The position numbers and the translations under genes were made by a program. From positions 2,544,001-2,608,000 of the forward strand of contig CM119371.1 of NCBI GenBank assembly GCA_051294905.1: DNA of 64,000 bases, given 5' to 3'. Below the pieces are notes generated by a model. It was not told the DNA's origin, searched no databases, and saw nothing but the letters and a program-made list of their open reading frames with translations. The stretch's first letter is position 1, and each line of letters starts with the position of its first letter. This document shows positions 28,211 to 40,200 of this stretch, one piece after another. The stretch comes from Botryllus schlosseri (taxonomy: Eukaryota).

Positions 28211-28362
28211 TTAAATTCAAATTTCTGATATTTATTTATTTGATATTTTTGGTATTTGGCATCGCCATAACCCAACATATCCATCGCTGTTTCAATTCAA
28301 TAGTGAAAATCGCCTAATAGTTTTATGGTCTTGTTCTACGTTCACTTTAGTTACAGCAAGTA

Positions 28363-28640
28363 GTAGAGGTGGACCGATATCGACCTAGCCGATGATCGAG
28401 GCCAATGTTTGGAACATCGCTCCGAGTTCTCAGTCTCAGGAAATCGACGACACAAAGGGGGCTGCGTGACAGATTGCCCTTGCAGGACAAGTTGAACTGG
28501 GTGAGCAATGAGCATGCAGTGAAACTATGCTTCCTGCATCACAGCCTACCTGTACTGGACTGATCTGTGATTCTGCATCATCTATTGCTCTTTGGGATAT
28601 CCCACATTTCAATGAATGTGCACAATTAGGCAATAATTGT
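28363..28640 (-). mobile_element. Fragment of a ZBED-type hAT element
   Basis: tagaggtggaccgat end-like motif; minus-strand remnants CAHSL and CRKHSFTAC. Confidence 0.35.
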
Positions 28641-28719
28641 TTTCTAGTTTATTGATCAGCTTTCTGTGGCATGTACAAGAGACAACTACCCTAATCGAAC
28701 AGAACAGAGTAGAACAGTA

Positions 28720-29188
28720 GGGCTGTTCGAAAAAAACTTTTTTTTCTGAATCTTGTTGGCTGCATCATTAAATCATTAGTTTGGCTTAAAAAACGATGCA
28801 CACGAAATTGGAATTCATTCCATCCGGTAAGCGCGGACTTTGTACAGTTTGAAAATTGAAAATTTTGAATATACTCAAAAATGCAAAAAAAAATTCAAAT
28901 TTTTGGTCAACCCCAAGAAATTGTTGAGCTGTCTTCAAAAACGATCCAAAACAAATTTGACTCAATTCCAACCAGTAAAAGCGGGGACATTCGAGTTTTT
29001 CTTTGATAATTCTGGGATTATCCTTGATCGGTGGATAATCCAAGAATTATCAACGAAAAACTCGAATAACTCTGCTTCTACTAGTTGGAATCGAGTCAAA
29101 TTTCGTGTGCATCGATTTTTTAAGGCAACCTAATGATTTAGTCACGTAGCTAACAAGGTTCAGGAAAAAAAGTTTTTTTGAACAGCCC
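28720..29188. mobile_element. MITE with long imperfect TIRs flanked by TA; related fragments near 740-830, 12060-12540, 22660-22850 and 23235-23550
   Basis: ta|gggctgttcgaaaaaaacttttttt ... aaaaaagtttttttgaacagccc|ta; shared caattccaaccagta motif. Confidence 0.7.
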
Positions 29189-29840
29189 TACTGCACAGCC
29201 TGTCGTAGTGGTCTGGCGGAAGAGATGGACATGACCTATTTTGCACCATTCACCCATGATTCGGCAACTACATGATACTGCACTATAGTTGTTCCGGACG
29301 CAAATGAATAGCTTTGCACAGCATAGAGGCAACTAGAGTGGAACATGGCGTTACTGAAAAATCATGACTTATCATGACTTTTCAGTTCCAATACAGCAGT
29401 TTTCTGAAGAAAATAGCTACAACCAAATAAAAATTCATAATATTATCTTTAATTTGATATTACTTCATTTTTGGAGCGAAGTGACCCTTGAAAACAATAG
29501 TTTTTACATATTTTTGTACGACAACATTTTTCAACAACTGATGTTTCAGCGATACCTAAAGATGTTTTGCATATTGGAAAACAAAATGCATGTAAATGCT
29601 GGTTTTATTGTTTCAATTGGGGTCACCTCTAAAGAGGTTGCCGACCGCACACTTTGACAACTCGATAATTCGAGTTGTCTAATTCCTCTAAATTAAAGCG
29701 AAATGACAGTAATCTAAATTTAATCTAATTTGGAAAAGTCCATAATTTCCTAGTTTTCCAAGTCTGACCGACCGGCGGTCTAGAGTAGGTCAGCCCCACG
29801 ATACTGACGATGTTTTTGCTGAATAATAGACCGCACATAC

Positions 29841-29963
29841 CTGGTCATAAGAGACCGTCCCTGCCGCGGTACAAATCCCTCTTGCCATCTTTCTCATTCC
29901 TTCATTTCCTTGTCTGCTCAAAGCTTGATCAACTCAAATCTCATTCCTTTCCATGTTGTTGCC
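29841..29963 (-). pseudogene. RBM28: RBM28-like exon A copy in a block (~29220-30020) duplicated at ~75-730
   Basis: Exon and flanking intron sequence both align to the window start. Confidence 0.65.
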
Positions 29964-32900
29964 CTACAGCGGTAGTCATGAAGTCACACATATGTTGACA
30001 GACAGACTTGTACAAACTATCATCCAGTTAGTGGGTGATCAACTAACCACTGACTATTTAGTAGTTCTGGTTCTAGTTGCGGATTTCGGAAAGTGGAGAG
30101 TTTCAGTTGTGCATTTCAGAAAATAATTTGCGGTACAATGATTTGCGCAGCGTTACTCAAATCTGAATCAAGCACCGTAACTGTAATGATTCGAGTCGAT
30201 CAGTGAAAGACGATTTTTTGGACTAATGACACTTTACGCCCATTTCCATCGAAAAGTTATAATTGCATCAACTTTCTGAAACCTCGATTGGTTGTATCCC
30301 AACCTACGAAACATATTGTACAAAGCTATGCACGTTAGCGTCAATGACATTTCTGTGTAGCTGTGATCGCAAAGCCAAATAAAGTATTTTCGAAAAATAC
30401 CTAATCATCATTATGTGGTGAAGAGCTGGCCTTATGTTTGGTAGTTACATGAAAAGTAGGCTACATACTCAAGCTTTTGGGTCTCCCATATAATTATATC
30501 GTGATCATGAGTGATTATAATCACATATAGGCTATCATATGTCAAATACTCGACGTGAAGCCTAATTCAGAATAGAATCACTCATGCACTATGTATTCAC
30601 TCATGTAAGTCTAGTAATTACGAGCAAACCTTTTTCCTGCATGATTTTGCCTCCAGCATCATCGTCCATCGGTAATTCCATTTCAAGTCAACAACACAGC
30701 GACCCAATAGGTCTCAGATTTTCATGTCATTTTAGGAGTGAATCTGGTATCTAGCACTGAGGATAGAAAACAAGATTTTTTCAATATTCATATACTGAAA
30801 CCATTTTGTGCTCACTCAACGATGAAGTTTAATTACTCGTACCGTAGTTTCATATTCCCTGTTACAGTACGGTCATAAAACAGTGTGTACCGGTATTAAA
30901 GTAGTTAAGAGCGGATGATGGCTTTTAATAACAGAATACAAGAAACTCTTGATATTGAAGGGAAAATTTTCTACAAACAAATGGAGTCAGGGGTCAATAT
31001 CAGTCTTAATAGCCTACCCCTTTCAATATCCATCATGCGTGACACAAACTTGGAACATTTTAAGCGCTATTCTGTCTACATAAAAATTGGAAGCAACTTC
31101 TTATATGAAAGCTGGTTTGGGAGAGAAATGTGACTTACATGTTTTGCCTATTAATATGTAATTGGTAGGCTAATAGACCTAGTCTAAATCAACTTCATAC
31201 ATAGATACTTCCGACTCCAATTTGTAATTCAATTTCAGATCAAACAAAAATTAGATTGGGTATCAATAAAGTTTCAGATTATGCAAATATTTGGATCAAA
31301 ACATTATGAAGTATGAGTTGATATGATTGAAAAGCAATTTATTTTAACGGAATACCGGTAGGCCAACATGAGCGTTATCAGGTTATCCCATATAAAAAAA
31401 GCTTTTTCTGCTTATTTAACCTTGAAATGAAAGTTTTTCAAGCTGATTTGAAATTGTCTGTAAATGAGATACTTTGGCAATAAATAGTTGTTCTTGTTGT
31501 TATGTTACATAAGTTGATTGATTTTATCATGCAAGAGTTGAGGTAATAATTTCAGGTACACAGCCCCTAATGACTCCCTCTCATTTCTGTCTATATCGTA
31601 GGCCTACTTCAAAACTTTTGTGAAGGTTGTCACATGAATTCTGTTGCAACATGGAGCATGTACTTAAGTAATGAGTTAGATGCCAAAATTCTGTAACTAG
31701 AATATGTAGCATAATTTTCAGCTAAATCACCACATTTTTATAATCTGAAATATTCCCTGTAGTCCAAGTTCGTAAGTAAATATTACATAAAAACTCCTTT
31801 CCTAAAGATTCTATGCGGCAGGTATTATACGACACTATTTACCGAAATATTCAGGCAAACAGAAATGATAGGAAGAGTTAAGAAATATTTTTACACGCAG
31901 CGATTTCCATGGGCTTCACCTTCAGCTACGTTCTTGGCTGGGCACCAAAGATGAATATTTTCTCGCTGGCTTGCTGAATTTATCAATTTATACAACATGA
32001 CAACATTCTCAGGTATAAGTAGCTCATTTATAGAGACACAAGTTCAGATCTGCATAAAAACAGCACTTGGATTTCACGGTTAAATGAGCAGAAAGCTTGT
32101 TTTCATCGCGCGATAACTTAAAAAACTTCATTCAAAATGGATACCGGTAGCTCAGCTATAGCATTTTACAAGGTGATGACTCAAATTTCAGCAAAATCTG
32201 CAACTTGATGGAGACCGAATTTCTCTTTGGTTCATTTCACATAGAATTACCTATATACAGCAGTCACAAACAATCCAGTAAGCTGGCTTGATCATGGTTT
32301 AAGGTTCAACTTAATCAGACTTGCAGCATCATTTTACATTCAGTAATTGCATTCTCAAGTGAGGCAGGAACGAACGATCGATACTCCATGGAAACTCGCA
32401 AATCATGTTTGATAGAAGCTGTAAGCCAATATGTTATCGGTGTCTCGTACGGACTAAAACGTCTACTGAATACACACAGGTGTGAAGCAAGACGCTGAGA
32501 ACCGTCTTGGCACACCAAACATATTACTCTAAACGTATCAGGATTCCATTTTCGGGCATAAACACTTCTTCCTTGGCGAGAGCGATTTTCAGAGTCCGGG
32601 GTACCGGTATTGACTATCAAGCCATGTTACCATTTCAAAAGATTTCACATCACACTAAACCTTTCGTAACAAACATATGCAGCCAGAGGCCATCACAATT
32701 TCGAGTTGGTAACCTCTATTCCTATCGATATACCAAGACTGTACTATTGTATGTGAGCATAGTAGAAGCGTGAAACGGTATGCCAATAAAGCACTGGTCT
32801 ACAATCAATCAACGCTTTATCCAGTAATATAGGTGAATCAGCCTGTACTCTGAAACATATTAGCTATATCTCCAACGTCCGATCGAATTAAAACTGATAT

Positions 32901-33289
32901 TAGAACAATCAATCAGCTGATTTCATTCCATGTTTTGACTCAGAGCCATTCATGCACGTGAGACATTAGCTCCACCACGCGGAAGAGCGAAAGGCGTTAA
33001 ATCCATAACATTATGCAGTTCGATATTACATTTCCTTCATAGCCTATTTGGTTTTGTCATCTCTCCTAATTTTATTCTCCTGTACATGACGTTATCATCG
33101 GATAAGTCGATAAAGCGAACACTCGAATAGGGTAGTAATATAAAAATTTAAAAGAACTATACTGCTAGAAAAGTTAGGAGCCATCGATGCATGACATCCT
33201 TGGAAGCCGAGGAGACCGCTTGCCTAGTAACCACCAAGCCCCGAACTACTGCCATCTCCGGCTAAGCAAATTTGCGTTGTCACCATGTT

Positions 33290-33501
33290 ACAGTTGCATT
33301 GTGGGGGATAGGCTGGACGACTTAGTACAGGCGCTTATGGAAAAACGTCCAGTTTTAAAATATATTTGATTCGTATTGGGTTTGTAGTATTTTATACGAA
33401 TGGAGCTTTGAATGAATAATCATCGTAACATTCAGGATTTGTTTCAGCCCAATATCTCGTGTTTATATCTGTGTTATCTGTGTATTTCGACATGTCGAAG
33501 A
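33290..33501 (+). repeat. Left 212-bp inverted repeat of element 1; includes the transposase ATG
   Basis: Reverse complement of 42422-42633 with 5 mismatches counted by eye. Confidence 0.95.
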
Positions 33502-36500
33502 CATCTCGTTTTGGTGGTAGCGTTTGTTGCGCCTATGGGTGCAGTAAAAGGCAGAAAAAGATATCCACGGAGTCATATATGAGAAGTAATAGCGATGGTA
33601 GTAGCGATAAAGAGTCTTTGGTAAAGCGTCGGCATCCAAGAACATTTCACCGGTGAGTGAATGGCAGAATATGCAGGGCAGCAAGACTATCTTTGAAGAA
33701 TCAGTTTCTATTTTTAATATTTCCTGACCATCACAGTTAATCAATGTCCAGATAAGCCACAGCATTAATGAATAGGCCATGTTAAAGTGTCATTATACCA
33801 GAACATTTTGTCACAAGTATAATGATGTTGGTATGATCAGAGCAGACTATATCAGCAGTCTCAGCACCATGTCAGTTCATCAGTATACCTGTAATAGCAT
33901 GACCAGCCAGGTCACTGTTTGTATTCTGTATGGGCAGTTCAGCCAATAACTAGCTTAGTACTCAATCCTTGCTTAAAATTGTCGTGAAGGTTGGAGGTAG
34001 GACTAGAAGGAAAGGTATAATTGAGGGCCACACGGTTTTGTCCAGCATAGTTGAGTAATAACTCTATATTTCTGGTGCCAGATGCTCACACTAAAGTTCA
34101 AATTGCTAATTCCGTGGTCGAGTTCATTATAGCTTTGTGCGTGCGAGACGTTCGATTTGTCTCGTAAGATGTTTTTTTTAGGTTAACCTTTGGCTTTGGA
34201 TTTAAAAGGTTACCTAATAGTTTATCCTTCTGGGGTAGAAAGTAACAGATATATCTAAATCAAACAAGATAATTTCACATATGTTCCTGCTACTTTTATC
34301 ATCGTTCATAACAAAGAATGGTCAATTTGGTGTGCTTCGTATCATAGAATTACTTGTGAACTGATACAATGTTCTCTACAACGCAGCTTTCCTACCAATG
34401 ATTCCCTGAAAGAAAGATGGATAGAATGTATTAGAAGAAAAGACTGGGAGCCAGCAAGATCGTCGGTCATCTGTTCTGATCATTTTTCAGAAAGTGATAT
34501 TTACCGTGTTGGCGGGAGAATTCGTTTAAGGACGAATGCGGTGCCGACAAGATTTCGGAATTTTCCAAAATATATGAGGCCAAAGGTACGGTAGACACTA
34601 GACAGTGACTATATATTTATGAAGTTTGAGTTCCAATTACTTACCTTTATTTTAGCCCTAGTTAACATAAAATTCACAAATTTCAGGCTTCAAACAACCG
34701 ACGAGTGAGACCTTCTGCAGTTCCAGATAAGAAACGGCATTATGAAGCACAAACCGCTGAACCTGAAGTAGTTCTTCACGACCACAGCTACTGTGCGCAC
34801 ACGTCTCCTCGAAAAGTCGTTCAACAGCAACGCCGTAGGGTCGCAGAAATTAAAAAGAGGTTGGTTGCAGCCACAATGAGAACATACCGTCTGCAAAAAA
34901 AAGTGAAATCTCTGGATGAGGTCATTGCATCTCTTAAGAAGAACAATTTGATAAGCGATTCGTGTGTGGAGGTAATGTCACAAAAATTCAGTGGTCTACC
35001 AAGTGAGCTCTTGCAACGTATGAAGCTACAAGCTGGTGGAAGAGGAGTCAAATACTCTAAGGAACTGCAATCATTTGCAATGACGCTTCAGTATTATTCC
35101 ACTAAGGCATACAATTTTGTGCGTCAGAATTTTCAACTTGCTCTTCCCCATCCAAGTGTGATAAGACGCTGGTATGGAAAACTTCCCGCTGAGCCTGGCT
35201 TTACTAGTATTGCCTTTTCTGCCATCAGAGGAAAAGTAGAGGCATCAGCAAATCCTGTAATATGCTCCATAATGATGGATGAAATGTCGATCCGCAAACA
35301 GGTTTTTTGGGATGGAAAACGATACCGAGGATATGTAGACATGGGTACTGACTGTGAGGATGATGATTCTTTGCCTCTTGCTAAAGATGCATTAGTTTTT
35401 ATGGCTGTTTGTATCAATTCATCCTGGAAGATCCCGCTTGGATACTTTTTCATTAATGGTTTAACAGGATCGGAACGAGCAAATTTGGTCAGAATTTGCA
35501 TAAACAAGCTTAATGAAGTGGGTGCAACTGTTGCTTCATTGACATGTGACGGACCTTCATGTCACTTCGCAATGCTTTCTGCATTAGGGGCAAATATATC
35601 CTCCAGGAACATTGTGTCTAGTTTTACTAATCCGTATTTACCCGATCATCAAATCCAAGTAATTCTAGATCCTTGTCACATGCTCAAACTAATCAGAAAC
35701 TGCCTAGCAGAATGGGGTACTTTGCAAGATGGTAGTGGGCACCAAGGGCGTAGTCAGAAAAAATATTTGGGGGGGGCGAAAATTTCGATGACGTAAAAGA
35801 ACCCCCCCCCCCCCCTTGAAGATAAGGGGAAAATAGGTGAAAAAACGATGGTCTTGGGGCCTTATTGGATGATTACCACAACATCCGGGGCGATCGTTAT
35901 ACATATATTCCACTCACACAGATAAAGTGATGTTATAATAATACGATTGTGGAAAACTGTGGCGGCAACACTTTCGCGCGAAGCGCGCAGATTTTTCAAG
36001 GTTAATGAATGAAATTGGTTCATTATATTGTTACTTGCATATTGCAAATACGTTTCCATTATCAGATTTACTGGTAAGGCTGATAGAAGCGGTGTCATCA
36101 AATATTCAGGGACACTCAATTATGCAACTGGAACTGTATGTTCATGTTCATACAGAGCCGTAACAGCACTTCGTCAGCCCCCCCCCAAACGTTGGGCCCC
36201 CATATGACGATAAGCCGAACTTCTGGGGGGCTTCGCCCCCCTCAGGCTATCCGCTGTGTACCGCAACTTGTCATCTAGTTTTGGGGCCGTTCACTGAGGC
36301 AGCTTTTCTCGCCTAGTCGCGCCAAGCGCGAAAAGTTTCCATTATTCATGATTGAATCGGTCAATATGATCGGGAATTGCATATATATTGCTATCAATTT
36401 TTATCCTCTCTCTGCTCACGTAATCATACTTACAGGTAGAACAGAGTGAGGTGTCTTGGAAACTGTAGGGCCCGTTGGTATGACTCCATAACATGATGTT

Positions 36501-39472
36501 ATTTCGTGACCTCCTATCTGCTATATCAGAAAATATAGAATCGCCCAACCGTAGGCTACTAAACTAAAAGACGCGCACGATTTCAAATTGGTATTTCTTC
36601 ACCGCATATAATTTTTCCCTGCGCGATGGTATTTGTCTCGTGAGGTTCAGATTGTCAAGACAGGAACATTCGGCGCCAGTCATTTAGGCGCCTGTGGACA
36701 ATTAAACATGTATGTATTTTGTATATGTAACGACGTTTTCGGTCAGCATGAGGGCAGTACTTTTCGGCCAAGGTTTTCTCGCTGCTGATCGTTCTGGTAC
36801 ACTTCTTGGAGTCGCATGTTACATGGCCTAAAACTTTATATGTCTTGCTAAATCGTGGCGCTGTTATGGCCAACGCCGACATGCCCATTTCTATAAGTGT
36901 TGCGTATTTTTTCTTGGGGGAAGAGTACCCAAAAATCGAGATATTTGGCAAATTGAAATCGCGTAAAGCGCGAAAATTTTTGAAAAATTTGCATAAATTT
37001 TCAAAAAAATACTCTATAATTTATGTTAATTTACGAAAAAAAATTCCCCTTGGGCTCAAGCTTGCCCCCCAATTGGGGGATTTAGGGTGCGACAGTTGCG
37101 GTCCTGCACACGGAACGACCATTTATGAGTTGCTAGAGGGTATGAGCCGGGTGGGACAGTTTTCATTTATTGCTGTAGTTACTTCATGACTTGCGGAGAA
37201 AGCTGTCACAACTCAAAAGATCGCCCACACTCAAGGTCGTAGCCAGAAAAACGTTTTTTTATGGGGGAGGGGCAAATTTTCTATGAGTTTAGGGGAGCTC
37301 CCCGTGGGGACACCTCATGGGACCGTACATCTTTCCATGGACAATTTCATCACTACCCATTATACATGCGATTCTTAGACGCACACACACACCCTATGAA
37401 AGGTTCCATTTCCAAGTATAGCTTGTATTAGGAGATCGATTGACGGACGAGCCCAAATCGCTGACATTAAGTGATGGAAAATCAGTGTGAATTTCGAGCC
37501 TAGTCGCGCGGAGTGCAAAATTGTTTTGAATAAATGAATGAATTTGATCAATAATATCGGAGCATGTATATGAGCAAGTGGTGTTCATTTTGAATAATTA
37601 CTTACTTGAAGCAGGGTTATTTCGTAACCTGTGGTAAAGATTGACGCTACTTTAAAGATTGGAATCGCTGATACATATCAGACCAAATTAAAAAAATCCT
37701 TGGATCAAACTCGTGCGATTTCAAATTAGCACTTTTTAACAACGGGAGGTGGCGATATTTTTCTGTGCCAGTCGTATTTATGTCTTCGTCCGTCCCGGAA
37801 CGGAAATTGCCGGAACTAATAGTCCCCCCATACTGAACTGAAACCCCTAGACTCAATCAACCCAACGACCTCGGGCTATTCAAGTGTATCTACTGGTACT
37901 GTTGTATTCTCATAATTGAGAATGCAGCTAAACTGAATTATGATTATTTTCGGAATTTTTTTTCGGTAAACCGATAAAATCAAGACATCTATGGACTCTA
38001 AATCGCGCGAAGCGCGAAAAAAAAGTTTTAGGTTGCATTCATCTGCCCAAAAATGCTCTAATATTTGTTGATTTTACGAAAATTTTCCAAAAATTTGGGG
38101 GGGGCGATCGCCCCTTTCGCCCCTCCCTGGCTACGCCAATGGTGGGCACCAAATTTCTTGGAATTTCATCATTTTACTGCAAAAACTCCAGGCATCAGAA
38201 GGCCTGAGACTTGGCAATAAGCTGAAGAAGTGTCATGTGGAATGGCAGCAGCAAAAGATGAAAGTGAATTTGGCTGCTCAAACAATCAGCAGCAGTGTTG
38301 CTGATGCAATCGAATATTGTGATAAAAACCTCAAAATGAGATGCTTTCGGGGTAGTGCTGCTACCGTCAAGTTTTTGCGCAGTTTTGATCGCCTTTTCGA
38401 CATACTCAATTCGAGAAACCCGTTTGCAAAAGGGTATAAATCTCCTTTAAAGGAATCAAACCAGCACTTGTGGCGTCCATTCATGTATGAAATGATGGAT
38501 TATATTGCCAAATTACAGGACCCCTCGGGAAAGCCTATTGTTGAATCTCGCAGGAAAACAGGATTCCTTGGATTTCTGGCTTGCATAAAGAGCACGCTGA
38601 GCCTTTTTGATCGCCTAGTGGCTACAAAAATGGTGAGGTACTTGCTGATGTACAAGTTCAGTCAAGATCATCTTGAGCTATTTTTTTGTGCTGTCCGTAA
38701 AGCAGGAGGCTTCAACAATAATCCTACTTGTCTGCAATTTACTGCTGCGTATAAAAGGTTATTGATGAAGTTGGGAATCCGTGCATCATCAGGAAATTGC
38801 GAAGAAAGAGACGCAACCGCCATGTTGGACCTCTTGGATGATTTCAGGATTCAAGAAAGTGGACTCTCTCTTTCTTCTGCGACCTTGATCAGAAAATACG
38901 ACTTGGAAGCGAAACGACCTATGCAAGATGAGCATGACTACTCCGATGTTCCTAAAATAACAACTTTGTCTGAGTACAAAAGTCAAGCCATATCATATAT
39001 TGCTGGCTATGTTGCCAAGTCAGTGACTGAGCGATGTCTTTGCCCAACGTGTAAAGGGTCGCTCATGGTGGCTTCGGCAACCAGTGGCAGTTTCCTGCAA
39101 TTCAAGAACAGGGGTGGCCTAACTAAACCATCTACTGGTGTTATTGCAATATGTGAGGAGGCTGAAAAATGCTTCCAGCGAATGATTCATGTTACTTCTG
39201 GAAAGTTACCTCATTGCAAGGGCTTGATCAACGCCTTTGCCACTGCTATTCTGTCGAACATGTCTGGTAAATCACCAGCTTTCCCAGAACTTGAAGACCA
39301 TATTTATGACACCTCAGTTGGTGACGATCATATAATCACTCTGACAAAAGACATCGCCAAGACCTATTGCAAGATTAAATTCAAACATCTAGGAGTAGAA
39401 TACAATCAAAGGACATCAGACAAGAACGTCCGCAGAGTGTTAACAAAGCTGATTCTCTTCAAAAATCAGTAA
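33492..39472 (+). pseudogene. THAP-domain P-element transposase, ~912 aa reconstructed: exons 33492-33652, 34387-34585, 34687-35742 plus 38150-39472; interrupted by a hAT insertion
   Basis: THAP CCAYGC..FHRFP..W..W..ICSDHF..AVPT across GT-AG introns; MDEMSIRK, TCDG, DPCHMLKLIRN, KMKVNLAAQ, FDILNS, SQDHLELFF, YIAGYV; frame continuous once the insertion and one TSD copy are removed. Confidence 0.92.
35743..38141. mobile_element. Non-autonomous hAT-type element (2.4 kb) inserted in the P transposase
   Basis: Perfect 8-bp TSD gtgggcac at 35735-35742 and 38142-38149; TIR caagggcgtagtcag vs reverse complement cattggcgtagccag. Confidence 0.92.
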
Positions 39473-39699
39473 CTGCCACAGTTGGTCAGTCAACTTTCAG
39501 GTTGCTTGTTTACAATTTGCTGATGATCTTCGCCAGCTCGAGGGCAACGACACGGTCAAAGTTCCCGCTTCATTAAAGATTCAGGAAATGTGTCGTTGTT
39601 TACCCAGACTGGCACCCCCGTGAAAGGGGGGGTCACATTGTCAGTGAACCGCTGTGCTAGAGGATCTTCTGAACCTGACGCTATGATATTCAAACCAGA

Positions 39700-40200
39700 G
39701 TCAACGGTCCAGTGGGATCGAATGACGTTCCCGGATATGAAAAGGTTTCAGCGTTGGCCGACTGCCTGCTAACTCACAGAGATTGTACTTACTGTTTGAG
39801 TGAAGCGGTGGCAGCTCATATCATAACATTATGGAACGACTTTCTCCCATACGACAAGCAATTGAGCAATCACATTCAGGACCGATCTATAGGAAAGGAA
39901 ATCCAGGCGGCCGATTCAAATCGGCCAAGTCGCCTGGCGTGGTTGCTACACAGTAGTGCATCGACACTTAGGGAGTAAGGACATGGCGCACACGCGAAGA
40001 AAAAGGAACGATCCTTTCATCCGCATACGGCTTTGTAAGTTATTGTGGTTCAGTAACCCTCAGCGGTTTTATTTGATATTTTTGTAATTAAAAGAGTCGC
40101 AATTTGGACATGCTACACAATCAATGGTCGGATCGACGTACCGCAACTTGGATGTGAGGATTCCTGAAGCCGGTGAGTTCGCTCCATGGCCATCGTATTT
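39700..40200 (+). pseudogene. Decayed cargo gene fragment inside element 1
   Basis: VPGYEKVSALADCLL...IITLWNDFLPYDK and, after a frameshift, GRFKSAKSPGVVAT; recalled similarity to the C-terminus of TE-associated DUF6729-containing proteins, unverified. Confidence 0.45.

Noticed and set aside
32315..32800. Possible coding remnant (Mab-21-like KTVL / LPH words)
   Set aside because: The motifs are too short, fall among stops, and have no supported exon structure; BLASTX would be needed.
30169..33222. A third element with caagc...gcttg ends
   Set aside because: Only 5 bp of inverted match and no TSD.
35743..38141. The insertion in the P transposase as a spliceosomal intron
   Set aside because: Its boundaries are CA...TG with an 8-bp TSD, not GT-AG.
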